DNA of 64,000 bases, from contig CM052817.1 of assembly GCA_028534125.1 (NCBI GenBank), positions 6,326,001 through 6,390,000 on the forward strand. Reading direction: 5' to 3'. The notes beneath the pieces were generated by a model, which had not been told where the DNA came from, made no database searches, and worked only from the letters and a program-made list of their open reading frames with translations. Shown in pieces: positions 1 through 12,383 of the stretch; position 1 is the stretch's first letter, and each line of letters opens with the position of its first letter. Origin of the DNA: Lama glama. Its lineage: Eukaryota. The position numbers and the translations under genes are program-made.

Positions 1-504
1 CCCTCTATAAGAATCTCTCACTTCACCCACTGAAGAGAGGAAATAAAACTGGAGATTTACCAGGACATGAAAGAGAGGCCCACACTCCAAAGCCAACAAC
101 AACACAAAAAGTCGCTGTGTTTGTTCTTCGGAGCAGAGAGTGAGGCTTGATCTTCAAATACCTTTTTTTTCGACCAGAGAAACAACATAGGATGAAGGCT
201 GGTATATTTTTTAACATAAAGGGATAGACAGAGCCTCAAACATAAGTACTCAAAGAAGGAAAAATAAAAGAAGAAAGAATAAAACTCACTGTGAGGATCT
301 CTGGCACACAGATAGACACATTAATTTTAGTTTCTAAACGTTTTAGATTGGAGCGACAGCAAGATTCCAGAGAGCACTACACAGGTGTTCTTTGGTTAAC
401 CAACTGTGGTCATCCTCCAAAGACTTAACTGACAAAAGGAGAGAAATGGGCAAGTTCATAGAAAGGGTTGGGAGAAATCTTAGGAAAGCACAACTTAGAT
501 ATAA

Positions 505-790
505 CTTATTCACTCATCAATTGAGCCAACTCTCTGAGCCCATCATTGTCAGCCACCTAACAGAAACTGGGGGCACAGAGATAGAGAAGATCCTGTCTAC
601 TGCCTTCCCAGATGGCTACTTTTGTACAGATGTGCAAGGTGCTTGAGGTTGTAGATGACAGACTGTTTTTCTGTAGCAATCAGACAAGACTTGCAGAGGA
701 AGTGACGTCAGAGCTGAATCTCAATGTTCATGTGGTGTTCACCTGGCATCCACGAGGGGAAAGTGCTGATTTCATGAAGAAGTGAAAAAT
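505..790 (-). mobile_element. L2 LINE fragment (old)
   Basis: Starts TTATTCACTCATCAA, followed by L2-like reverse-strand motifs (GGGGGCACAGAGAT...GAGGAAGTGACGTCAGAGCTGAATCT). Confidence 0.5.
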
Positions 791-3454
791 TTCTAAAAGA
801 AATGAAATTGAATTATTTGTACACTCCAGCCCGCTATATTGACTCTCATACATCAAACAGCACATGTGTTAAAAATCAGAGATTTCTAACTTCAGTTCCT
901 AGCTTGCTCATTTACTAATTTATTTGCCATCATAATTCTTGCATCACACACCAAAAAACTTGCAACTTGGAGAGCTTAAGTAGCTTGCCTCAAATTGGTC
1001 CCCCCCGATAGTGGGATGAAGTGAAGAGCTATCAAACCTGAAGGGTCACCCAAGGCTTGCCATACAGTAAGCTCTTAATCCATGTGGCTGTTACTGTCTA
1101 GTATTTGGGAGGTGTGAGGGATGATCCTCAGGGAAACTTGGCCAAAGCGTTTTCTATGAATAAGCCCTTTTTCAGAATAGCCAACAAAAGAAAAGTTCTG
1201 GCTCTAAGAGAGGTGAAATTTCGATCATCAGAGAAGGATTCCAAGGATGAGGCAAAGATGGCTTATTGAGGTTCTGCATGATGAGAACACATCCTTATTC
1301 CCCCTTACATCTGCTCCCACGCTGCTCACTAACCCAGCATCGCTGGGGGCATTGATTTCAAGAAGGGCAGCGCTTTGCTCCATGTCAGCCCCTTAGAGGT
1401 TGCTCTGTCAAATGTACCCCCAGGGCGATTGAAACACATCACTCTTCTCTCTTGTGATGCTTAATTTGTCTTCACAGCACTTAAAACTTTCAAGTCCCAC
1501 ATTTGGCTTTATTTTATTTTTTTTTAATATGCCTTCAACGTCAGAGCACAAGCTCTACAAGGGCAAGGACATTTTCTCCCTGCTGTTTCCCCAAAGGCAA
1601 TGGGGTCTCAAAACATAATGACAGGTATGGATGTGCTATTGTCATCCATTATAACTATGGTTGCAGGAATACATGACTGCTTAATAAATGTGGGAATACC
1701 AGTAACTTGAAAGGGAAATCTTCAGAGTACACCTCCTCTTTTGTATTCTTTATTTTACTGAATTTGCACACAAAATTTCCTCATGTATTCCAGCCCCAAA
1801 CTGGGATAATCTCTGATACTTTTCTCACTCTGAATGTATATAGATATGGAAATGCTCAATCAACTCATAAACTTTACATTGTACTTCCCTGTTCCTATTC
1901 CCATATCCTGGCTGCTGGGATCATTGCTCACCTGGGATGCTTTCATAACACCTGGACTGCTCTCTCTTTCCCTTGTGTCCATCCCCACTGGTTTCCAGGT
2001 TGTAACTAGAAAAATCTTTCCAAAATCAGTATCTGTCTGTGTTGACCTATTGAAAATCTTGGCTATGTTTTAGAAAAGTTTTCGGAATTTTCTACTTCTC
2101 CAGCATTATTTTGTTCTTTAAATTTGTGCCCCAATGTCTAGCAATAATGAATTTCTCACAGCAATTTCTAGCTTGTTTCTAGACATTTGCACGTGCATTA
2201 CATTGCATCACATACTTTTATTCACTTTTCTGTGCCCCCTGTGAGCCTATAAACTTCCTAAATTTGAAAACTGCATCTTATTAGTCATTGTATATACACC
2301 ACCTACCGGCATCCAAAGCAATAAACTTGTAAACAAAATAGCTTTTTTCTTTTACCAATGTCCTGCGTGTTTGGTTAGAAAATATCAATCTTCCTGAGTT
2401 TGATCACCTGGGGAAAAGTAGTTTCCAAACTTAAAATGTTCAGAAAGACACGAAAACTTACACAGTACTTCTAGGGCACAAGTACTTGGTGGGAATATCC
2501 ACGGTTGGCTGTCAGCCTCCTTTTGGTCATTTCTGTCTCCCTTCTTTTCTCTAACATCAATACTCATTACTACCAGAAAGCCAACCAGAAAAATATCTAT
2601 AGCTCAATAGGATGGCCTAAACGATGTGTTCCCCCTTTAACTGAAAAAGTAAAAACAAAGCATTCAATTCTATACTCTCCATCAGCCCATCTGTTTCTTA
2701 CAAGCCATCATGGTGACAGATGCAAAAAGTGTCGGCCATGAACAACACCTCCTGCTGCCTAAGAAAGACACATCCATATGCGTCTGTGTTCAGAAACAAA
2801 CAGGAGTGTCAGATGAGCATTTTTCGGAAGTGTGGTGTTGCACAACAGGTTGAGAATGCGCAAACAGGTTTAGTAGAGGCTTGTGTTTATCTTAAAGGAT
2901 GGAAATACACTAAATGCTTCATTAACTGGTGGGTTGGAAGACGTATGGAAGAGGCATATGAAGGAGAGTCAAAACTCAGACTCAGTGGTAAGAAGCAAGG
3001 TAGTGATATTATTAAGGAGGGGAAGAGGAGGAGCAAGAGGAAGGAGCAGGAGGAGGAGGCAGAATGTTATGGGCAAAAACTGATGGAATTTGTAGCAGCA
3101 AGACAGGTTAAAGATCACTAGGCTCTATGCTCCCGTTTGAGTACCTGTGGCCATGCAAACCTGGAGAAGTGAAGTGAGTTATCTATGGTTGCACGGCTTA
3201 GAGCACAAGTGGCCACCCAAACCAATATTGATTTAGTAACAGTTCTCATCTAATAGCCTCATTGCCCGTCAAGAGTCCTTAACTCTCTCAAGGTCGCCTG
3301 GTTGGGATAGTCAAATCTGAAAACTGAACCCAATTTTTGATAGTCTCTGAACGATTTTCTTTCCCTAGTATCCTTCCTACTGGGGAGTATAAATGCTGAA
3401 GAAGTTCTGGGTCATGAAAGAAGTGCAACTGAGTTTGCATGCTCAATTCTAGAA

Positions 3455-3690
3455 AGGAAATGTAAAGAACCTGGGCTTGGGAGTCAGGCGATTTGGAACT
3501 GAATTTCCATTCTGTCAAATATTGTCTATAAATCTGGGACAAGTTTAAGACCTTATAGTCTCAACTTCCTCTTCTGTAAAAAAAAATGATAATAATCCTC
3601 AAAAGAGAGGCTGTTTGTAAAGTCTAGATGAAATTGTATGTCGAGAATCTGGCATAGTACTTGGCACATGCAAACTCTCAAATAATGTGT
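3455..3690 (+). mobile_element. MIR SINE
   Basis: GGGCTTGGGAGTCAGGC...CTGGGACAAGTTT...TCTCAACTTCCTCTTCTGTAAAA...TGGCACATGCAAACTCTCAAATAATG follows the MIR consensus layout. Confidence 0.7.
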
Positions 3691-4146
3691 GTACTCTATC
3701 AATACTTCTTAGCAACTGAGGGCAATGGAACTTAGACTAACACATTATTTTAAAATATAGCTTTAGACACTACTTATACATTATCAAGTGATAGGAAGTT
3801 GCTAATTTTAAAATGATTTAAGTCTCTTCCAAATAAACAACACATTAAAAAATTTGTAGGAAGCACTTAAAAGTTAATCTGGCAAGTGTGTCACTCTGTG
3901 CAGAGCACTGGTGAGAAATCTCAGCAGGATAGAAGGGTAGCAAGGAGCTACAGTACGTTATCCATTGGAAAAGCTCAAAATTATATGCATATTTTATAAA
4001 TAATTATATATGTAAATACACACATTTGTAATTGGTTTTATGTTTAAATGAACTAATTATATTTAAAGTCAATTATTGCAAAGGGAGTTAGAATCTAAGT
4101 GACTTTGTGTTTTCACACCAGGTAAGGTGAACATGAACATGATTTA

Positions 4147-4192
4147 TTCCTCCTTCCCTCTTTCTTTCTTTTCTTTCTTTCTTTCTTTCTTT

Positions 4193-4278
<86 letters not shown>

Positions 4279-4452
4279 TGTCTTTCTTTCTTCCTGTCTG
4301 TCTTTCTTTCTTCCTGTCTTTCTTTCTTCCTTTCTTTCTTCCTGTCTTTCTTTCTTCCTTTCTTTCTTCCTGTCTTTCTTTTTTCTTTCTTTCTTCCTGT
4401 CTTTCTTTTTTCTTTCTTTCTCTCTCTCCCTCTCCCTCTCTTCCTTCTCTTT
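4147..4452. repeat. Compound (TTTC)n microsatellite / polypyrimidine tract with TTCCTGTC variant units
   Basis: Directly visible. A pure TTTC run at ~4194-4274 is followed by recurring TTCCTGTCTTTCTTTC units. This tract explains the KKER- and FFLS-rich ORFs. Confidence 0.98.
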
Positions 4453-4687
4453 CCCAAAAGGTGGGTACCATGAACAGCCAGATATCACAGGAGATCATAT
4501 TATGTAATTCTTACCCCATCTCTGGATGAGCTGTGAACTCACACCTGCCACCATAACTCTCTTATTCTCAGTTTCTTCACTTGTGAAATGGGAATAATAC
4601 TTCTTTCTGTTCCCCTCAATTCCAACCTCATATTAAGGGTTGAGTAAAATGCCTACAATGCAGACATAAAACATGAAACATATGCCT

Positions 4688-5180
4688 ATTCATTCCTTTG
4701 TTCAGGCTCTGAGGTGTGGTGGTGGATAGGGCAGATGTGGCCCCATTCTCACACAGGGCTTACAAGCTTGGGAAGGAAACAGAGCTGAGGGGAGGGAGGG
4801 GCCGTGTGAGGACCTGGGTGAGGTGAAGGAGACCAGAGGGGGCACCAGGTTCAGATCTTTGCGGAGAGGCTTCCCAGCAGGAGTGACATCAAAGCTGCCT
4901 TATGAAGCATGAATGGAAGAAATCAACTGTAAAGAAGTGTCGGGGGCAGGGGAGGATGGTAAGGGCTCCAGATGGAGGCAAGTTTTGTCACATACAGAAG
5001 AAAGACAACACATTACTTGTCCAGGGAAGGGAAATAAACTTGGTTCAGTTGGATCCGGGATTTCAAGGGGAGAAACTTTGAGAGGGAGTGAAGTCAGACC
5101 GTACACATCTCACAAGCCACCTTATTCTAGGCTTCGAGATCAGAGGGAGGCCCTTAAAGGATTTTATACAAGGTAGTCTT
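4688..5180 (-). mobile_element. L2 LINE fragment
   Basis: ATTCATTCC start and L2 reverse-strand motifs (GGCTTCCCAGCAGGAGTGACATCAAAGCTG...GAAGCATGAATGGAAG). Confidence 0.5.
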
Positions 5181-7734
5181 AAAACTGGTCTCATGAATCA
5201 TACATCAATTTCGTTGGCAACTGCCGTGCTGAAGTGTCCCTGGGTCAGGAACAATGAGCTTCTCAGAAACAATAGTTTCTGCTCCTGCTCCCTAGTCTCT
5301 CTCCCCGCCAACCCCCGCACCTCTTCTCTTTGTCTAGGTTTTCAGTTTTGTGAACAGCTCCAGTCTCTCCACGCCCTTGACACTGGTTCCAGCTTCAAGA
5401 GGAAACATTTCAGAGTTCTGTATCTAAGGCTGAAGCTTCTAGCACAGGTTCAAAATCTGCCTCTTCAGAAAGAAGTTTTAGGGTCAACTCCATCATTTCC
5501 TTGCTGCTGAGCCATGTTATGATAGCTGCCGTATCCAACTCAGAATTGCGGAGGTTAGAAAGAATTTAGAAACCACAATATTTACAAGGCCATTTCCTCT
5601 CCAGTGCCTCAAGGTGAGGGGCTGGACGAAATCCATCTTTTTGCCCCAGTTCTGTTTAATTAAGTGTTCTGTCCAAGAGAAACACCATACATGTGGGAAG
5701 AAACCTCAGATGGGGAAGCGGAGGTCCAGATATGTGTTAGAACTGTGTCTTCATGACTCCCAGTCCTATGTATTTTCATCTGAGAAAATACTTGAACCAT
5801 CCTTAACGCTGGAGCATGAGAGCCCTTCCTCCCAAGTGAGAAGTTCTGGTCCATAGGCAGGAAGTACTGTGAGGCTGATGCTCTGATCCATCCCTGCACC
5901 CTGGGACCCTGTCTCTCCTGGGGAGGAGAAACAACCTAATTCCACCATTGAGTTTAGAAGTTTAGAGTTTAGAAGAAGGAGCAAGTTGCGTCCTCCCCGC
6001 CACAGCCCTTGGTCTCCCGTCGTCAGCAGCAGCCCGCTCAGTGCCTGGGTGACTTCCCCTGAGGAAACCAAGCAGTTAGAGTTTGGTCCTCCCTGGGGTA
6101 TCCCGGGGTCTCTGCCCCTTCCTCTCCTCTCCCTCTTGAGTTCCTGCAGGGAAAACTCCTTTCTCAGTGCCCTTCCAGGCTGTAGCTGCTTCTGCCCTGT
6201 GGGCCCAGAATCACCTGTGATTGGTGGGTGGGTGTAGCTAATTATGAAGTTCAGATATAAGCCACAGCCCCCAAGGCGACCTTTACTTGTAGTAAAAGCA
6301 GTGTTTTGTTTTCCCATCTACCTTAATGCTTGCTTATCTCTCGATAGATTTGCAACTCAAGCTAGGTATGGTGTTCTTTGTTGGGTCCCCAACTCTGAAG
6401 AGCAGGTCCTCCTGGCTCCTGGGGGACTGTCCTCAAAGAGAAGTGTTGGCTGTGCCTCCCTGCCAGTGCCAGCTTGCAGGGGGACCCACTCATGTGACTT
6501 CTCCCTGATGATCAGAGCAGTGGCACATCAAGATTTGCAAGAGCCACAAACTAGACAACAACTCAGATCACCGGGTCCTGGGAATCCGCAGAATGTACCA
6601 ACAAAAGCCCTGTAAACCTAGACAGGGTTAGCACTCCCACCACTGGTTCTGGAACTTGCAGATGCAGCTGTGGTGGGGGGGGTCTCTGCTGTGTTGGGAC
6701 AGATGGTTTGCATGCCATGCAAAGGGGCTTCTAGGTTGGGGTGTTTTGCTCTGAGCTTCATCTGTCAGGCTGCAGGGTCTGCTGGTGCGGAAGGTTTGGG
6801 AACCCATGCGGACACCTGGAGTTTGCTGCCTTATATAACAGAGCTCTCTCCAGTTCATTCTGTCCTTCTCTGGGAGGGGTGGAGCTTAGCATCCGGGCTG
6901 CTGCTTTTGCACTAGTGGCCAGATTTTGAATCATGTGAAACATTCCAGTTACTTCCTTCTCCAGGTACTACAGTGTTAAAGTTAATGACAATAAGGCAGA
7001 ATCAAGAATAATAACATGAAATAGTGATTTTTAAAGCTACCCATGTTTGATATCTAAAAAGAATTTGTAGACAGGCCACATGTGCACCAAGATATTTCAA
7101 ACATCATCTGACTTTTGCATTCTTTACATCTTTTGCATTCTTTATAACAATAATTTGCATTAATTTCTGAAAAAAATAAGCTTAGTTATACAAGATGTGG
7201 AAAATAAATGAAATACATACAAGAAATTGAAAATCAGTGCTATCCTACCATCAGAGTCAACTGCTTTTAATCAAAGTGTATTCTATTCTGTAATCTGCCT
7301 TTTTATCACCCCCAAATAGATTGCAAACATATTCTCATATCTTCAAATAGTGTTAAAGCACTGTTTTCAACAACAGAATAGAGTTGTACTGTATGGCTGA
7401 AAAATGTATCTCCCATTAGGGGTTTATCTTCTCTTACTTCATTACTTGGGAGTGTGTGCTACTCTAAATAAATAACTCTTGAGGTAAGGTAGTCACCTCA
7501 AAGTAATAATTAAGTCTAATTCCACAACCAAGAGATGATTGCTTTTAACACATAATATCCACTGCTTTGTTGTCTGCAGTTTTTCACCTGTATCAGAAGC
7601 ATTTTGCATGCTATCAAATAATTTTAAAACATCATCTGTGTTGGCTGAACAGCATTTCACTGTACAGATGCAAATTCCGTATTCCATTTTAGTTTCTTCT
7701 TTTATTTTCCTTCCTGTTAAAAAGAGTTGCCAGG

Positions 7735-7850
7735 ACCATCTCACTTGACAGATGAGGAAAAGGAGGTCTAGGGCAGTGAGACGTCTTCGCCAAGACGGCA
7801 GAGTCATGACAGTTCTCAGGCTAGAACTCAGGGTCCCCGACTAATTCTGA
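7735..7850 (-). mobile_element. MIR core fragment
   Basis: CACTTGACAGATGAGGAAAAGGAGGTCTAG...GCCAAGACGGCAGAG...CTAGAACTCAGGGTC. Confidence 0.6.
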
Positions 7851-8134
7851 GTTCTGCTTCTGCTGGGACACATTCTCTTTGTATCAGGGAGATTAACTGA
7901 ATTCACTGTGCATTTTCTGAGGGTCTACTGTTGATAAGACACTCCCTGCTATGCATTATGGAATATATGGAAATATATGAAATACATATTTCTTGGTTAT
8001 TGAGGACTCAAGTCACAAAGGAAATACCCAAAGGTATGGCCAAACTGAAAATTCTATTGTGAAAAAAAAAAAAGACTGAAAAGTGTATTGCTAAAAAAAA
8101 AAAGGCTATTGTAGCTCCATTTAGTGATAATTAT

Positions 8135-8660
8135 GCTGTTAAACAAGTTAAGATGGCCATAAATCGCTTGATATTTCTCTCACTGAACCAGTCCCTTCCC
8201 GTGGATCTGGGCAGTGGGTGTGATGCGGCCACTTTGACTTACAGGATATAGGACCTGTGAAACCTGCCGCTTCCGAGGCCCAGGCCTCACGGGGCCAGAG
8301 GCTTTCACTATCCCCCTGTTGGAAGGCTTGTCTGGAGGACGCCAGCCACCGTGCAGGGGTCTGACTAGCTTCAGACCACCACGCTGTGAGGGAGCGCAAG
8401 CTGCCCCGTGAACCGACTGCGCAGAGAAGAGAAATATCCAAAGAGCAGCAGCTGTTCTAGCCGTTCCTGCCCAGGCACAGACATGTGAGTGAAGGCACCC
8501 TGCAAGACCCTAGGCACAGCCACCATCTGAGACAATATCACGAGAGACCTCACAGAGTAGCCTGATTCAGCCACACAGACACAGGGCATATCAACGTCCT
8601 GTATTTCTAAGCCATCGCACTGGGCAGTGGTTTGCTGCCCAGTAAGAGACAACCTGGGCA
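8135..8660 (+). mobile_element. MaLR LTR (MLT1G/H-like)
   Basis: AAGATGGCCATAAATCGCTTGATATTTCTC start, internal CAGGCACAGACATGTGAGTGAAG, and a typical MLT1 3' end TTTCTAAGCCATCGCACTGGGCAGTGGTTTGCTGCCCAGTAAGAGACAACC. Confidence 0.7.
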
Positions 8661-8661
8661 G

Positions 8662-9010
8662 GGAGGTGGTAGACCAGACCGTTGTTCAGCAAATGTTTGT
8701 TCTCTGCCCTGAACCCCTTGGAGGTGCTCTATTCCCTTCCCCGTTCGTCCTGGTCGCATGACATGCTTAAACCAGAGGAAGGAATGCAGGTGTAACTTTG
8801 GCCACGTACCTTTTAGCCAATAAAGCTTCTGAGTAGGATTTTTAAGAGGCATTGCAAGTTTCCCCCAGCCCTCTGGGCTCCCGACTCCCGCATGAGAACA
8901 GCACCTCCTGCACAGAGGTCACTTCTCCAGCCTGGACCCTGTCGTGAGAGGACAATGCAGGGTAGACTTAAGCCTGCTCTGCAGAGATGCAGCACCAGAC
9001 ACACAGCCGC
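8662..9010 (+). mobile_element. Second old MaLR LTR fragment (MLT1I/J-like)
   Basis: TGGTCGCATGACATGCTT...CATGAGAACAGCACC...CTTCTCCAGCCTGGACCCTG resembles MLT1I/J. Confidence 0.45.
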
Positions 9011-9099
9011 AAGAAACAGACGTTTGTTACGGAAACTCACTAAATGTTTGTGATGTTTATGAGGGATTATGACAGTAAAAGCCGATTAACTTAGGAACT

Positions 9100-9989
9100 G
9101 GTTGCAGCCACATGACTGCTGGTGGGTGCTGGACGATCTGCTTCTGGGATGGCGTGCTCACATGGCTGTCGGCAGGAAGAGTCAATTTCTTTTCATATGG
9201 GTTTCTCCACAGAGTTGCTAGGTGTATCTGCACAACATGGGAGCTGGTTCTGTTACCCCAAAAGGGGAAGATAAAAGGACCCCAGTTCTTGTCTTACCAG
9301 AAAGAAGAATTCCGACAGGAGATGGAAGCATTGTATAGTGAAAGATTTTACAGGTTTTATTGGCCAAGAACAGGAGGTGGGCTGACTCAAGGGTGGACAG
9401 CAATGGTCTGTGTTTGGTCCCCTTCTCTTACTCCCTCACTTAGAGGTGGTCTCGATTGATCGATGACTTTTGCCCCTAGAGTGCTTAGTCATGCTCGTCC
9501 CCTTTTGTTCATGTCCTTACCCATGATGCACACACAGAAACTCATGGGGGTGCTGCTAAACTGCAATGCTAATTATATTACTTACAATGAGCACTGGGTC
9601 ATATCCGGTTAGGTCCCTGTCACTACCGCACAGTTGTGGTTATTGGGTTCTAACTGGTTTCTTGCTGGCACTCATTTAGAGAAAGTAAAGCCCTTTATTC
9701 TAAAAGCAAGCGTATCACCATCATCCAGACCATCCTCACTCTCCTCCACCTATCCGCCTGGTGCCCCACTTATCTAACTACAACAGTTCCCTCAGAGTGA
9801 ATGACACAAAAAGACAGGGCAGATACTAGACTCTCTTTTAGGACCCAGTCTTGACAGTGACATGCCGTGACTTAGGCACTGTGCTATCAGTCACACAGAC
9901 TAAGCCTGGTGCAATGTGAAAGGGAACTACACAAGGACATAAGCACCATATGGGATTATTAAGGGACGACTTTGAGGATTACTGTAACA
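9100..9989 (-). mobile_element. MLT1F-like MaLR LTR interrupted by an ERV1 LTR
   Basis: CTCACATGGCTGTCGGCAGG...CAACATGGGAGCTGGTTC | CCTCAGAGTGAATGAC...GGAACTACACAAGGAC... continues across the 9251-9785 insertion. Confidence 0.7.
9251..9785 (-). mobile_element. ERV1-class solo LTR (535 bp)
   Basis: TGTT...AACA termini, perfect 4-bp TSD GTTC (9247-9250 / 9786-9789), and AATAAA on the minus strand at 9361-9356. Confidence 0.85.
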
Positions 9990-12170
9990 GGGCCGCCCAA
10001 CTGTTTATGGTCAGGAAGCATGCAAAGCGTGGAGCTTTGGGAGCAAAGAGAGAAATTGGAGAAGAGAAAGAGAGAAAAGAGAGAAAGAGAAGCAGTTGTG
10101 TGAGCTGGACCTGAAGGCCGTTGAGCACCTCCGTTGTGGGCAGCCCTGTTCTGCAGCAGTCCACATCAGACAAGGACAAGCATGTCCACCAGCTAAACGT
10201 TGACAGAATTTCCAGCAAAGCCATCAGACTTCCAGGACCCACAGCAAATGAAGACAATGGTGATGTGATAGCAACCAGAATGGCCTGAAGGTCAGAGGCC
10301 ATGGCTCCTTAAACCTCCAGACACACTGGCAGCTGGTGAGGTCAAGCACTGACTGAGACTAAATTTCCTGCCCAGCTGAGGTGAGGAGCCCTATTTAATG
10401 TGATTAAAGAAAATAGAGAATCTATGTCCATGGATAAAGTTTTTACTCCGTCCGTGTACCTCATGTCATTTTTCTGAAGCTCGTGTTATCAGCCTCAGTT
10501 TTCACCAAAGCAGAAATCAAAGCTGAAGAAGATTAGGCAATTAGGTAAAGATGTTCCTGTCTAACAAGGCAGAGTCAGAATTAGAACCCAACCCACCCGA
10601 CTGATGCCAACATGGATACGTCTGGAACCCGAGCAGAAGATCCAAATGCCTGTCATGAGGGCGCTCTCTAAGAGGATTTGGGAGGAGAAGCAAATGACTA
10701 TTGACAGACAGAAGGCCCCACCGCCTGCTTTATGTCTTTTCCAGTATTGTTTGCCTGGGGGCCTAAAGATGAATTATTCTTTCTTTTACGGTCTGTCTTC
10801 AATCAACACTAGCCAGTGATTTATAAACATAAAATACATTGGCTGAAAGTAATGGAAGGAAAGCATACTGAAAAGCTGGACACCAACAACTAAAATCCTA
10901 AGTAAAGTAACAGAAAGAAGAGACAAAGTAAACAGATTAATTAAACACTTGAAGATTCATAGAATTGCAAAAGAACTTCAGGAACTGAATCTTTGAATAA
11001 AAAGATAAATATTTGGGAAATTTAATCAGGAAAATAAGATTTAAGAAGCTACAACAACAAATTAGAGATGAGAAGATACAACAACGTATGATTTACCATC
11101 GTAAGAAAATAATACATACTAAATTATCCAACCATATAGTGGTGAACATAATACATTGCATTCCAATTACCAGTCTATTTGCCCTTCTTCTCCTATGGTA
11201 AGTCTCTGAAGATAAAACATTCTGCAGTCAGTCTCTGTCCTTGTACCTCCACCACCAGACAAAAAACAGAACAAAAATGAAAACACACGTTATTCCAGCA
11301 CACAGGGGGCACTTGATAAATATTGATGAATGACTTTTTTTGTAATAGACACATATAATTGACAGTGACTGGAGAAAGTGGAAACATGAGTATGACAGTA
11401 ACACAGGAAATGATTTAAAATGGTTATTAAGAATTATTTATATTTTATACTTTGTGAGTTATTTAAGACTTACAAGGAGGAACCAATAATTATTTTAGAA
11501 GGTAAACAAAAGATGAGCTCAACTCATATTATGAAACCAGCATAATCTATAATTAACTTATATATTTTTAAGTAGTCTCTTAAGCGGATGCCAAATGAAA
11601 GGCCCTTTGCCAAGCTGAACAGTTCGGGTTTTTGCAGCATGAAAGTCTAGGTTTTAAACACAGCCTTTACTTCTTACTAGTATTGAGATTTGGGTCATTT
11701 CCTGAGCTTCTCCTCAGGGTCAAAGTTTTCATTTGTAATACAACAATGATAATATTTTTTTCAGTTGATGTTCCTAAGTAGGAAATCCAGTCAATTACAA
11801 GTAGTCATTTGTTCACATCTAAAATAGGCATTATTTGATTGTTTCACGTTTTTTTCCACCCACCAGAAATTATAGGACATGTTTCCATGTTGTATCAGTG
11901 TTGGATACTGTAGACCAAAACCTTTCAGCTCACTGATTTTAAGTAGCACACTGCCTAGTGGTGTGGGCATTCACCACTCTGCAGCTAGTCCTTCATTAGC
12001 TACCTAGGGGAAACTCCCATTTCTTCATCTATAAAATAAAAGAGAAAATCAAAACCAATTAATTTATACCATTCAATTTCAAAATGATATAGAAAATATA
12101 AGTATAATTTGGACATCCAAAGTCAAACTGTTTCCATCTCTCACTGGAAATCATGTTTTGTTCTGTTTTT

Positions 12171-12299
12171 TTTTTTAACATTTTTTATTGACTTATAATC
12201 ATTTTACAATGTTGTGTCAAATTCCAGTGTAGAGCACAATTTTTCAGTTATACATAAACATATATACATTCATTATCACATTTTTTTCTCTGTGTGCTA
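12171..12299 (-). mobile_element. Young L1 3'-end stub (camelid-type)
   Basis: T-run followed by AACATTTTTTATTGACTTATAATCATTTTACAATGTTGTGTCAAATTCCAGTGTAGAGCAC... Candidate TSD CTGTTTTT (12163-12170 / 12300-12307). About 94% identical by eye to the stub at 33.8 kb. Confidence 0.85.
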
Positions 12300-12383
12300 C
12301 TGTTTTTATATTCAAGATTACAGACATATTTAGTGAGATACATTGGCCTAGAATGTAGGTCCCATGAATTCAATGCTTTGTGT

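Noticed and set aside
4088..4507. Four overlapping 114-136 aa ORFs (KKER- or FFLS-rich)
   Set aside because: They are translations of the (TTTC)n microsatellite.
4830..4846. CTCF-like motif ACCAGAGGGGGCAC (similar one near 11300)
   Set aside because: Only the 3' half matches the consensus, and both lie in L2-derived sequence.
5766..6615. 183-aa and 123-aa ORFs in a GC-rich patch
   Set aside because: Stop-codon depletion from GC content explains them, and there is no recognisable homology.
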